The notes under the pieces: model-generated
The model's input: only the letters and a program-made list of their open reading frames with translations
Database searches by the model: none
Told to the model about the DNA's origin: nothing
In this document: piece by piece, positions 1 to 9,525 of the stretch
Position numbering within the stretch: position 1 is the first letter of the stretch
Layout of the letters: every line of letters begins with the position of its first letter
Position numbers and translations under genes: made by a program
From: Tepidisphaera sp.
Lineage (GTDB): Bacteria > Planctomycetota > Phycisphaerae > Phycisphaerales > UBA1924
Assembly (NCBI GenBank): GCA_050916045.1
Contig: CP051526.1
Coordinates: forward strand, 1,184,001-1,248,000
Direction of reading: 5' to 3'
Length of the DNA: 64,000 nt

Positions 1-113
1 AGAGCGGGACATTCTGGCCCGCGAGACCAGACGCCTCCGGAGCGAGTGAGTCCGATATCCGAGGCCTCGGGACCGGCGCGGGTACGATGGTCCTTGACCC
101 GGAACCTCCCCGC

Positions 114-1250
114 ATGGGCTTGAGTGATCGACATTACGCGAAGTCCGAACGCTCGATGTTCGCCCATCCGCCGGCCCACGAGCCGCCGCAGCTTGGCGGG
201 CGGCCGACGATGTGGTCCGTCAACACGTGGCTGATCGCCGTCAATGTGGCGATCTTCGCGTTCATGGTGTTCTTCGGGCGGGCGCTCCCGACCCCGATCG
301 TGGTCCAGGCTCTGGATTTCGATCAGGGGCGGTACGAGGTGATTCCGGCTCTGCTGCGAGCGAACGGGGACCCTGTCAAGCCCGGTGAGCGGCTTGTGGT
401 GGGGGAGCCGTACTTCCGCACGCTCCGCGAGAAGGGCACGAACCTCATCGTGGTGAATGCTTCGACGGGCGGCCCGATCGCGATCGAGACGCTGATCGCG
501 GCGGACCCGGTGACGGCGTACGGGCACTTCTCGACGACGATGGGGTTTGAGCGGCTTCAGGTCTGGCGTCTGGTGACCTTCCAATTTGTGCACGGCGGCG
601 TGGGTCACCTGTTCTTCAACATGTTCGGGCTGTTCACGTTCGGTCGCGCGGTCGAGGAGCGTCTTGGCGGGCGGAAGTACCTCGCGTACTACCTGGTCTG
701 CGGGATTTTCGGCGGGCTTGCGTACCTGGCGCTGAACATCGGCGGCATCATCGCAATGAAGTTGGGCGCGATGTCGGTGCCGGGTCTGCTCTTCCACGAC
801 TCGCACACCACGCTGGTCGGGGCTTCGGCGGGAGTTTTCGGTGTGATCGTGGCGTGCGCCCGGCTGTTCCCGAAGGACGAGGTGACGGTGCTCTTCATCC
901 CGTCTCCGATCCGCCTGCGGGTGCTCGCGTACGCGTACGTCGCGATCGCCGCGGTGAACCTCTTCATCGGCGGGAACAACGCCGGGGGCGACGCGGCGCA
1001 CCTGGGCGGGGCGCTCGCGGGGTTCTACTTCATCGTCCGGCCGCACCTGCTCACCGATTTCTTCGATGTCTTTACGGATTCGCGGAAGGGCTCGTCTCCG
1101 CCTCCTCCGCCTCCCCCGGCTGAGCAGGTTCGCGGGAAGGTCGACCAGATCCTGGCCAAGGTCGAGCGCGAGGGCTTGCAATCGCTCACGGCGTCCGAGC
1201 GAGAGGAACTGCAAGCGGAGTCCAAGCGGCTGAAGGACCGCGACCGCTGA
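114..1250 (+). CDS. Rhomboid-family intramembrane serine protease with short C-terminal helical domain
   Basis: WRLVTFQFVH, HLFFNM, catalytic GASAG and AHLGG motifs; several TM segments; ORF opens at 87, start at 114 (MGLSDR) preferred. Confidence 0.9.
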   Translation: MGLSDRHYAKSERSMFAHPPAHEPPQLGGRPTMWSVNTWLIAVNVAIFAFMVFFGRALPTPIVVQALDFDQGRYEVIPALLRANGDPVKPGERLVVGEPYFRTLREKGTNLIVVNASTGGPIAIETLIAADPVTAYGHFSTTMGFERLQVWRLVTFQFVHGGVGHLFFNMFGLFTFGRAVEERLGGRKYLAYYLVCGIFGGLAYLALNIGGIIAMKLGAMSVPGLLFHDSHTTLVGASAGVFGVIVACARLFPKDEVTVLFIPSPIRLRVLAYAYVAIAAVNLFIGGNNAGGDAAHLGGALAGFYFIVRPHLLTDFFDVFTDSRKGSSPPPPPPPAEQVRGKVDQILAKVEREGLQSLTASEREELQAESKRLKDRDR

Positions 1251-1268
1251 CCGCGACGGGTCGGTCGT

Positions 1269-4200
1269 TCAGCGTGGCGTGGTGACGGGCGAGGGCTTGA
1301 TGATCTCGACGCGGTCCTGCGTGAGATCCCAGAGGAGCTTGGCCGCTTTCATCGGTGTCGCGGTGCCCGTGTCGAAGAGGGTGACCTCCTCGCCGTCCCT
1401 GGCGTCGATCGTCAGAAGCCCGGCGAGCGCGTCGTAGGTCGCGTGGTGGGCCGTGAGCTCGCGCTCGGACCCCTTGGACCGGAACCGGCCGAAGACGTTG
1501 CCGCTGGCTTCGGCCGAGCGGAGCTGGGCGCGTCGGCCGTCCGCAGGCTCCGTCGTCTGACCGCCCGGCCCGGTGAGCCCGGTGAGCGTGGCGCTCGCGG
1601 CGTCGGACTGGATGAAGACGACGCTGTCGTCGCGGGTGTTGTCGCTGGTGATCTTCACGCCCCGGCCCTCGCCCTTGAGATCAAACACGCCGGTCTCACG
1701 CGCGAAGGTCATCGCGTCGGTCCACTCAAAGAGCGCCGTGCCTCGGAACGACGAGGTTGAGGGGTTCGCTTGCGGGTTGGTCTGCGAAGCGGCGGCGGTG
1801 CGGTCAAGAACGAGCGAGCGGCCCTTGCCCGGGACGTTCACGGTCCCCTTGGTCGCGTCGGCGATGATGGTCGTGCCCTCGAGGTAGTTGAGCCTGTCCA
1901 CGCGGGCCGTCGTCGTGCCCGGGGTGGTGCCCGGGGTCGTGCCAGGGGTGGTGTCGATGGTGACCGGCGATTCGTAGTGGCGGGATTCGACCGTCGCGGG
2001 CTTCTGCTCCGAGCCTTCGACGGTGATGCTCGCGACGACGCGTTCACCGATCGAGTTCGAACCCTGCGCGTCGGGGGGCGATTGGTCGCCGGGCGTCGCA
2101 AACGGCGAGGGCCTGCGCTCGGTCTTGACCACGACGCGCTCGGCGGCGAGGGTGTCGAGGGTGTAGTCGTCGGTGAGCGAAGTCGCTCGGGCCCCGCCCC
2201 GGGCTTCGAGCACGCCCGTCACGTCGCTGAAGGTCATGCTCCCGCCCCAGGAGGCACGGGCGGCTTTGGGAGTCGTCGGACGAGGAACGGATCCTCCCGC
2301 CGGCGGGCTGACGTCGATCTCGGTTGCGACCATTTCGAACCGGCCCGCGCCGTCGACGACAAGCGTTTTGGCGAGACCGTCGAGCTTGATCGGCTGGCCG
2401 AAGACCGAAGCTCCGCCCTGCGTCAGCGAAGCTTCATCGCCGATGAGGTCCACGCGCTGCGTGGGAACGTTGGCTCGCAGTTCATCGGCCACGGCGATGA
2501 TTTGGTCGCTTCCCTGGCCTTCGCTGAAATTGACGGTCCCCTTGGCGACCACGTCGGTTGCGGAAAGCGAGCCCTTCTCGGTTCGATCAATCGCGGCTTC
2601 GAGGAGGTCGGTCGTCAGCAGCCGCAGGGGGTCGCGAGCTTCGACGACGCCCTTGGCGGTGAGGAAGCTCGGCTCGGTCTTGCCGGATTCAAGCGTGCGG
2701 AAGGTCAGGTCCATGGACTTCCCGGTGAGGACCCGCTGGGCGCTCTCGCGGGCGAACGCGCCGCCGGCGAGCGTCGCCCGCGTGGGCTGCGAGGAAGGCG
2801 CGAAGTCGACCGTGAGCGTCTCGCCGCCGATGATGCCCTTGCCGTCGGTGCCGGCGACCTGTCCGGCGAGCTGCGTCCACGCGATCTCCCAAGCGGAGCG
2901 TTTGCCCGTCGCGGCGAGGCGGAAGTCCGCTTGCTCGGTCCAGGCGACGGAGCGTCTGACCGGCTCGCCGCTCGCGGGCTTCTGCGTGTCGGCGAGCTCG
3001 CCCGGCCCGCGCATCTGGCCGACCTTGGTCGGCAGGTTGAGGGTGAGCCATTGCGAAGCCAGCGTGCCTTCGGAAGCGGTCCGGAGGTTCACCGATCCGG
3101 GCGCGGTGCCGATGAGCGTGAGGTCACCCTTGGTCGCGGCGTACTCGACCACGGGGAAGGTGCCCGTCGCTTTCGCGTCGGCGTCGGCGAATCGCACCGG
3201 CTCGGAAGCGCCTTCGAATCTCACGGCGAGGTCGTTGGCCGCAAGCTCGGGGGGCGCGTCGGTTGCGAGCTTGATCTCTACCGTCCCGGAGGTCGTGAGC
3301 GCGAACGGCTCATCGCCGCTGGTTGAGGTCGAGACCGGGGCGTCGGCCGAGGGCGCGGTCGGCGCTGGCGCGGCGGAGGTTTCGATCTTCGCGAGCGCCG
3401 TCTGGCGCAGAGCGTTGTCGACCAGGCGGATGAACGCGAAGCCGCGGTCCGCTTTCAGCGTGCGCAGTGCTTTCGCATCGCCCGTGACCACGTCGACGGG
3501 CGCGGGCATCACGACGCGGTAGATCGCTTCCACGCCGGTGCCGCCGGATTCGCCGGAAGGTTGTCCGGCGGGGGCGGGCGATTGCTCGGCGGGCTTGGCT
3601 TTGGAAGCCGTCCGGACAGCGGAAAAGTCCTTCGTGATTCGGGCGGAGCGGAGGGCCGCCGCGGCTTCATCGAGCACCAGCGTGGCGTCGGTCCCGCGCA
3701 CTTCCAAGCCGTCGAGGGTGATGACGAACGCCTGGGGGATCACGATCCGGCCGAAGGTGAGGTCAAAGTCGAAGAGATCGCCGAAATCAGCCGAGGCGAT
3801 GGGCTTGAGCGAGTCCCACTCCGTCGTGCGCGGCGACACGCCGGGCGCGTAGACATCAAGCCGGACCTTGCCGCGGAAGGTGCCGCGTTCGGGCGATTGA
3901 TCGGCGGAGAAGCTGCTGAACGACCCGTTCTGGGCGCGGATGCGGAGGGTGCGGCCATCCTTGAGGAAGACGATCGCGCCGGGCTCGACGACGTCGGCGC
4001 TGCGACCTTCCCGGGGCGTGACGGATTTGGCGGTGAGGATCGAAGCAATCCGCGTCGGGTCCTTCTTGTCGGCGAGCTCGATGCGGACACCCTGGGCGGT
4101 CTGGTCGCCGGTCGCCGGGCCGGAGGTTGCGAGCTTGGTGAGTTCTTCGGGGAGGGGGGGGCGGCTTGGACCGCGCGGGGTGCCTTCGGGCCGCGGCTTC

Positions 4201-4319
4201 ATGAGCGCGACGTAGCCGACGAGCCCGACGGCGGCGAGGCCGACGCCGACGGCGACAAGCATCCCGACGGTGCGGGTAGAACCGGGGCGGAGGAACGGAC
4301 GGGAGCGGGGTCGGGGCAT
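1269..4319 (-). CDS. Large membrane-anchored beta-rich protein, probable LptC/LptA (OstA)-like beta-jellyroll repeat protein
   Basis: N-terminal TM anchor followed by ~950 aa of repeated short beta strands (e.g. ARGGA, AEASGNV, ATYDALAGLLTI, LLWDLTQDRVEI); two genes from an LptD-like gene. Confidence 0.55.
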   Translation of the reverse strand: MPRPRSRPFLRPGSTRTVGMLVAVGVGLAAVGLVGYVALMKPRPEGTPRGPSRPPLPEELTKLATSGPATGDQTAQGVRIELADKKDPTRIASILTAKSVTPREGRSADVVEPGAIVFLKDGRTLRIRAQNGSFSSFSADQSPERGTFRGKVRLDVYAPGVSPRTTEWDSLKPIASADFGDLFDFDLTFGRIVIPQAFVITLDGLEVRGTDATLVLDEAAAALRSARITKDFSAVRTASKAKPAEQSPAPAGQPSGESGGTGVEAIYRVVMPAPVDVVTGDAKALRTLKADRGFAFIRLVDNALRQTALAKIETSAAPAPTAPSADAPVSTSTSGDEPFALTTSGTVEIKLATDAPPELAANDLAVRFEGASEPVRFADADAKATGTFPVVEYAATKGDLTLIGTAPGSVNLRTASEGTLASQWLTLNLPTKVGQMRGPGELADTQKPASGEPVRRSVAWTEQADFRLAATGKRSAWEIAWTQLAGQVAGTDGKGIIGGETLTVDFAPSSQPTRATLAGGAFARESAQRVLTGKSMDLTFRTLESGKTEPSFLTAKGVVEARDPLRLLTTDLLEAAIDRTEKGSLSATDVVAKGTVNFSEGQGSDQIIAVADELRANVPTQRVDLIGDEASLTQGGASVFGQPIKLDGLAKTLVVDGAGRFEMVATEIDVSPPAGGSVPRPTTPKAARASWGGSMTFSDVTGVLEARGGARATSLTDDYTLDTLAAERVVVKTERRPSPFATPGDQSPPDAQGSNSIGERVVASITVEGSEQKPATVESRHYESPVTIDTTPGTTPGTTPGTTTARVDRLNYLEGTTIIADATKGTVNVPGKGRSLVLDRTAAASQTNPQANPSTSSFRGTALFEWTDAMTFARETGVFDLKGEGRGVKITSDNTRDDSVVFIQSDAASATLTGLTGPGGQTTEPADGRRAQLRSAEASGNVFGRFRSKGSERELTAHHATYDALAGLLTIDARDGEEVTLFDTGTATPMKAAKLLWDLTQDRVEIIKPSPVTTPR

Positions 4320-4329
4320 CGTGGCGATT

Positions 4330-5721
4330 CTAGTTCGTTCCCGAGTCGGGCCCCGAAGCGGCGGGATCGCTGGGTTTGGCGTCCGCCGAGCGAGGGTCGT
4401 CGGGGCGGGCGTTCGCGAGGCGGGTGTCGCGTTCGAGGTGCTTGACGCCCAGGAGCCAGAAGACGCCGCCGACGAGGATCGCCACGCCGACGACGAGGAA
4501 CGCGAGGGTCATGTTGCCGCTCGGGTGCTCGGTGGACTTGGTGTTGTCGGTGATGAACCCGATGATGGGCGGGCTGATGACGTCGCCCAGGATGTGGATG
4601 ACGAAGATGCAGATCGCGTAGGCCGAGGCGCGAACCGAGGGGTGGACGACGTTGGCGATGATCGTGTTGCTCGGGCCGGTGTTGAAGAACAGGCAGAAGA
4701 CCGCGAGGAAGACGAAGACCCACGCGAGCGGGAAGGGTGCGTAAAGCACGCCGAGGAAGAGCGGGAACCCGACGAGCATGCTCAGGCCGGAGACGAGGAA
4801 GTATGACCCCGGGAAACGCTTGCGGAGGCGGTCGGCGAGATATCCGCCCGAAAGCGTCGCGAGAAGGCCCGAAACGACGACGACGCCGCCGAAGATCTTC
4901 GCGGTGGTTTCCTTGTCCTGCCCGCGGTAGGTCGCGATGTAGTCTACGGCCCACGCCGAGATCCCGCCGATCGCGAAGGTCATCGCGGTCATCCCACCCA
5001 CGTTGTAGAAGTAGGACTTGATCTTGAAGAGGCGGAGATAGTCGCGCCAGGTGTGCTTGTTTGCGGGAGTTTCGCCCGGGCTGCCTTCGGAGATCCCGCG
5101 CGGGACCTCGGGCCGGAAGAAGCACCAGATCCCGAGGAGAATGCCCGGGGGGACGGTCACGAAGAACGCCCAGTGCCAGGTGAACCAGTTCGCCATCGCG
5201 CCGCCGATGACAAACCCCAGGGCGCTCCCGACCGGGATCGCCGCGTAGAACCACGCCATCACCCCGCCGCGCCGCGAGACCGGGAAGTAGTCGGCGATGA
5301 TCGTCGGAGCGATGGGGGCGTAGGCCGACTCGCCCACGCCCACGCAGATCCGCATGAGCAGCAAGAACCAGTACGCCGTCGCAAGCCCGGAGGCGCCCGA
5401 AGCGACGCTCCACGCGAGCACCCCGATCCCGATCACGACCCAGCGGTGCATGCGGTCGGCGAGCACGCCGAAGACCGGCGACATGAACATGTACGCGATG
5501 AGAAAAGCGGAAAAGAGCCAGCCGATCTTGGTCTTCGCCGCGGGGTCGACCGTGCCGTCGGGCGCGGTGAAAAGTTCCTTGGTGATGTCCGGCACCACCG
5601 CCGCAAGAATGTACCGGTCGATGTAGTTGAAGAGGTTGATCAGGAGCAGCAGGATGAGCGCGTGACGCGCCCCGGCGAGCGGCTTGTCCGGGCCCGCGCT
5701 GCCGAGGACGGGCCCGGTCAC
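4330..5721 (-). CDS. MFS transporter, Spinster-like family
   Basis: INLFNYIDRY, FGVLADRMHRW, RICVGVGES and ILGDVISP motifs; ~12 TM; GTG start overlaps the upstream TGA (GTGA at 5718-5721). Confidence 0.85.
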   Translation of the reverse strand: MTGPVLGSAGPDKPLAGARHALILLLLINLFNYIDRYILAAVVPDITKELFTAPDGTVDPAAKTKIGWLFSAFLIAYMFMSPVFGVLADRMHRWVVIGIGVLAWSVASGASGLATAYWFLLLMRICVGVGESAYAPIAPTIIADYFPVSRRGGVMAWFYAAIPVGSALGFVIGGAMANWFTWHWAFFVTVPPGILLGIWCFFRPEVPRGISEGSPGETPANKHTWRDYLRLFKIKSYFYNVGGMTAMTFAIGGISAWAVDYIATYRGQDKETTAKIFGGVVVVSGLLATLSGGYLADRLRKRFPGSYFLVSGLSMLVGFPLFLGVLYAPFPLAWVFVFLAVFCLFFNTGPSNTIIANVVHPSVRASAYAICIFVIHILGDVISPPIIGFITDNTKSTEHPSGNMTLAFLVVGVAILVGGVFWLLGVKHLERDTRLANARPDDPRSADAKPSDPAASGPDSGTN

Positions 5722-8700
5722 TGAATCGACTCCGTCGTCACTTCCGTCGCCGAGTCGACCTCGTCGTCGAGGATCTTGACCCGCTTCTTCCGCGTGGACA
5801 GAGCGGGCTTGACGACAAAGCCGAAGCTCGTCGAGTCGGTCGTGTTGTTGTACGAGAGACGCAGGCCGAGGGTGTAAGCATCGCTCGCACGCGTCAGCTC
5901 GCCGCCCGCGCCCTGGAACCCGCCGTTGCTGATGTCGTAGCTTCCCAGCGCCGCGAGGCGGTAGCGCTGCGTGAGCTGGTACGAGGTTCCAAGGTCGAGG
6001 AACGTCGAGTCCAGCGGGTTGAGGTACCGGAGCTCGGCGAAGCTGCTGTAACGGGGGCTGTGCGTGATGACAAAGCCGCCGCTGGTGCGGTCCTGCTGCC
6101 GCGTGTCGAGGTCGTAGACCGTGCTCGACGTCAAAGCGAACGCGGAAGAGACCTGCCACGCGCCGTCGACCGTCGCGTAGTTGCCCGGGTTGGACAGCTC
6201 AGGTCGGAACTCAACCCAGCGGCCGAAGGGGTTCTTGGGGTCCACATCGCCGGAGGAGAAGACCAGCGCCGCGTTGAACTTGAAGACGTCGACCGAGTGG
6301 GCTTTGCCCATCGCGGCCGCGAGCGGGTCGCCGCGCTTGGTCTGCCAGACCTGATCGACACCGATCCTCGCCATCGAGCCCTCCGCGAGGTTCTCGACAT
6401 CGTCGTCATAGACCGGGAGGTCCTGGCGGTCGACGTTGGTCCCCGCGTGCCAGACGGTGATGTTGGGCTCCACGATGTGGCGGATTCGATTGAGGTCGAA
6501 GAAGTCCGACTTCACCGAGTCGTCGATCCTCTGGAACTGCGTCGAAGCCCGCGCCCCGGCCGAAGCCCAGAGCCGCGTGTTGTCGGTCTCCTGCGGCGAG
6601 TACGTCGTGAAGTCGTTGTCGTACGCCGTCGCCCGGCCCACGATGTACGGCGTCACATCCACGGGGCCCAGCTTCTGCGGGGCCGAGAGCTCCTGACGCG
6701 TGTCGAGTCGGTTGACGCTGTCCTCGCGGTAGCCGGCGCCGCGGAGGCGTTCGGAAAGCCGCTGGTCCTCGTCGATCCCGAACGCGAGCTGGGCCAAGGG
6801 GTCCGTGTCGAACCCGCGCTCGCGGGCGTACACCTCGTCGAACTGCATCGCCATGTGGCTGTAGCGATACTCCTGCGTCCAGAAGACCTCGCCCATGTCG
6901 AAGAGATCCTCGAAGACGCGGTCGGACTGCCGGAGGTACGTGAGCTCGGGGGCTTTCTGGACGGAATAGCCCTTGCTCTGGAGGAGGTACTCGTTGGCGA
7001 CAAAGTCGTTGAGGCTGGACTTGGCGCCGGCGGAGAACATCGAGTTGTCCTGCTTGCGGGCGAGGTTGATCTGGCTGGTGAATTCGCGGCGCGTCTCGCC
7101 GAAGGGCTCGAGGAACGCGTCGACGAACGCCTCATCGCTGATGTAGCTTCCTTCGGCGAACATGGTCCAGTGCTCGCCGAAGGTGATGCGTTCTTCGCCG
7201 AGGAGGATGCCGCGGGTGGATTCATCCCATTCGCGTCGGGTGCCGGGCTTCAAGAGGTCCTGCCCGCCGTCGTTGATGATCGAGAGGGCGAAGAGCTTGC
7301 CGCGGCTGTCGTCATCCTCGTACGCCGCGTCGACGCCCAGGCCGGCGCCGCGGTCGAAGTAGTACTGGGCGAGCAGGTCGATCTCGGCTTCCTCGAACCC
7401 GAGCACCGGTGACATGTTCCACCGCGTCTTGACGGCGGGGCCGTTGGCTCCGCTGTTCTCAAACCGCACATCCTTGAGCAGCATCGTCGTCGGGTCGCCC
7501 GTGAACTCCGGCACGTAGAAGATCGGCAGGCCCTCGGCGTTGAGCGTGATGTCCGAAGCCTGCACCATCGTGATCGTCGTGGTCGTCGACTGGCCAAAGC
7601 CGTCGGTCCTGGCCCCTTCGATCACGAGCCCCGAGCGGGTGGGAGCGGAGAGGGGGTCGCTCCCGGCGGAGGTCCGCGTGACTTCCTTGCGTTTGATCGT
7701 GATCGTCTGGGCTCCGAGGGAGAACTCGGGCTCGAAGAAGGCGGAGGTCGAGAACCGGGCTTTGGTCGCGCTGAACTCGCGGAGGCTTTCCTGCCGGATG
7801 ACGTCGGCCCGGACGTAGAACGGCAAGCCGCGATCCTCGTCGTAGGTCCAGAAGACCGCATCGAGGAGGATGGCTTTGTTCCGCTGGATGTCGTAATAGA
7901 CCTTGGGGCCGCGGACGGTGTAGTTGCCGTCGGTCGCGAGGACATCGCCTTCGAGGTAGACGCCGGCGACCTCGCCGACGCTGAAGCTGGTCACGCCGGA
8001 AGCCGCGTCCTTGCCCGCGGAGAGGAAGACCACGGCCCGCTGGGCCTGAAGCTGGAGGCCCCGGTTGGTCCGGGGGTCGACGTACTGGATCACGACGCCT
8101 TCGGACGCGATGACGGACGCGAGGGCGTCAGGGGTGTCGATGGTGGTGGGGGTGGTGGGGGTGATCGCGTCGGCGGGCGCGGCCTCGGCGATCGGGCTCG
8201 CGGCTTTGGCTCCCTGATAGACGAGGTTCCCCGCCGACACGGTGATCACGCCCTGCTTGGCGAAGATGGGCGCGTTCTCGCCGCCGAAGGGGAGCCTCGC
8301 GACGCCCTCGTTGATCGCGGCGGCGTCGTCGCCGAGGCGGAACTCGCGGACGTTGCGGTACGGCTTGGCGGTTGAGGGGTCGACGGCGACGGGCTGGCGG
8401 AAGGGGCGTTCGGCTTGGAAGGGGATGGGGACGCCGTCGAGGGGGCCTTCTTCGTCTGTGGGGGCGGTGGGGGAAGCGGCACGCCGGTTGGATTCGTCGC
8501 GGACGGCTTCGGCTTCATCGACGAAGGGGTCGCTGGGCCGGGCTCGGGCGAGGGTGTCAAAGCGGAGGCCGACGGCGCCATCGACATCGATCACGGCGCG
8601 GACGGGGAGGCGGTCGGCGGCGAGGGAGGTGCTCGCGGGTCCGCGGGGGTTGCCGACGCGGTCGAAGTAGATGTAGACCTGATAGACACCCGCACGCGGG

Positions 8701-9053
8701 GAGGCGGAGGCGGCGATGGGGATGGGGGAGTCGTCGATGCGTTCGAGCCAGACGACGGCGCGGGCGGCGTGGAACTCGTAGCTGCCGAGCCTGATGAGCA
8801 CGTCGCCGGAGAGGACCATGCGCTGGGTCTGGGCTCCGGCGGCGGTGGGGGACTCGGACCAGACGGCGGCGCGGGCGGCGGAGAAGGAGAGGGGTCCGCG
8901 GACGGACGTGGGGGAGGTGCCGGCGGGAACGGCTTGGGCCGTCGCCGGGTCCGAAGCCTGGGCGAACGTCTGCGTCCCCGTCCACGCGCACGCCGCGCCG
9001 ACCGCCAGAAGAAGAGCGGCGATGCGGCGATGGGGGTGGTGGGGGTGGAGCAT
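5718..9053 (-). CDS. lptD: LptD-like outer-membrane beta-barrel (LPS assembly protein)
   Basis: Signal peptide after MLHPHHPHRR; jellyroll-like N-part (VYLEGDV, KVYYDIQRNK); GLPIFYVP; aromatic amphipathic strands (RHIVEP). The ORF-track extension to 9422 is the repeat array. Confidence 0.7.
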   Translation of the reverse strand: MLHPHHPHRRIAALLLAVGAACAWTGTQTFAQASDPATAQAVPAGTSPTSVRGPLSFSAARAAVWSESPTAAGAQTQRMVLSGDVLIRLGSYEFHAARAVVWLERIDDSPIPIAASASPRAGVYQVYIYFDRVGNPRGPASTSLAADRLPVRAVIDVDGAVGLRFDTLARARPSDPFVDEAEAVRDESNRRAASPTAPTDEEGPLDGVPIPFQAERPFRQPVAVDPSTAKPYRNVREFRLGDDAAAINEGVARLPFGGENAPIFAKQGVITVSAGNLVYQGAKAASPIAEAAPADAITPTTPTTIDTPDALASVIASEGVVIQYVDPRTNRGLQLQAQRAVVFLSAGKDAASGVTSFSVGEVAGVYLEGDVLATDGNYTVRGPKVYYDIQRNKAILLDAVFWTYDEDRGLPFYVRADVIRQESLREFSATKARFSTSAFFEPEFSLGAQTITIKRKEVTRTSAGSDPLSAPTRSGLVIEGARTDGFGQSTTTTITMVQASDITLNAEGLPIFYVPEFTGDPTTMLLKDVRFENSGANGPAVKTRWNMSPVLGFEEAEIDLLAQYYFDRGAGLGVDAAYEDDDSRGKLFALSIINDGGQDLLKPGTRREWDESTRGILLGEERITFGEHWTMFAEGSYISDEAFVDAFLEPFGETRREFTSQINLARKQDNSMFSAGAKSSLNDFVANEYLLQSKGYSVQKAPELTYLRQSDRVFEDLFDMGEVFWTQEYRYSHMAMQFDEVYARERGFDTDPLAQLAFGIDEDQRLSERLRGAGYREDSVNRLDTRQELSAPQKLGPVDVTPYIVGRATAYDNDFTTYSPQETDNTRLWASAGARASTQFQRIDDSVKSDFFDLNRIRHIVEPNITVWHAGTNVDRQDLPVYDDDVENLAEGSMARIGVDQVWQTKRGDPLAAAMGKAHSVDVFKFNAALVFSSGDVDPKNPFGRWVEFRPELSNPGNYATVDGAWQVSSAFALTSSTVYDLDTRQQDRTSGGFVITHSPRYSSFAELRYLNPLDSTFLDLGTSYQLTQRYRLAALGSYDISNGGFQGAGGELTRASDAYTLGLRLSYNNTTDSTSFGFVVKPALSTRKKRVKILDDEVDSATEVTTESIQ

Positions 9054-9075
9054 GGCCGCATGGTACCTCACCGGC

Positions 9076-9420
9076 GGAGCGCCCGCCCCCACGGACGGAG
9101 CGCCCACGGGCATGGACGGAGCGCCCGCGGGCACGGAGGGAGCGCCCGTGGGCACGGAGGGAGCGCCCACGGGCACGGACGGAGCGCCCACTGGCACGAA
9201 GGGAGCGCCCGTGGGCACGAAGGGAGCGCCCGCGGGCACGGAGGGAGCGCCCACGGGCATGAAGGGAGCGCTGCCGGGCACCAACGGAGCTTTGACGGCC
9301 GTCAACGGAGCTTTGGTGCCCGTCAAGAGAGCCTTGACGGCCGTCAACAGAGCGTTGGTGCCCGTCAAGAGAGTCTTGACGGCCATCAACAGAGCCTTGA
9401 CGGCCATCAACGGAGCGCCC
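9076..9420. repeat. Tandem array of 21-bp units (16 full plus one partial), two unit subtypes
   Basis: Units start every 21 nt from 9076 to 9412. Units 1-9 resemble GGAGCGCCC(A/G)CGGGCACGGA(G/C); unit 10 is hybrid; units 11-16 resemble (A/G)GAGCCTTGACGGCCGTCAAC. Confidence 0.95.
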
Positions 9421-9525
9421 ACGCCCCCCAGGAACGCGCAAAATCGACCGATCGTCCCTCACCCTCCGCCCCCACACCCCCCCTCAGACTCAGCCCCGAA
9501 CGCCCCGTGCGCCGATGATTCCATC

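Noticed and set aside
1910..1956. 12-bp repeats (TTPG x3) and other PA/KE-rich repeats such as 27061-27145
   Set aside because: Ordinary low-complexity protein linkers
9076..9420. 21-bp array as a CRISPR array
   Set aside because: Units are contiguous with no unique spacers, and no cas genes are in the window
8794..9525. Heptapeptide-repeat N-terminal extensions on the LptD-like (from 9422) and DegT (from 8794) ORFs
   Set aside because: Read-through of the stop-free array; family-like sequence begins at 9053 (signal peptide, -10 hexamer) and 9526
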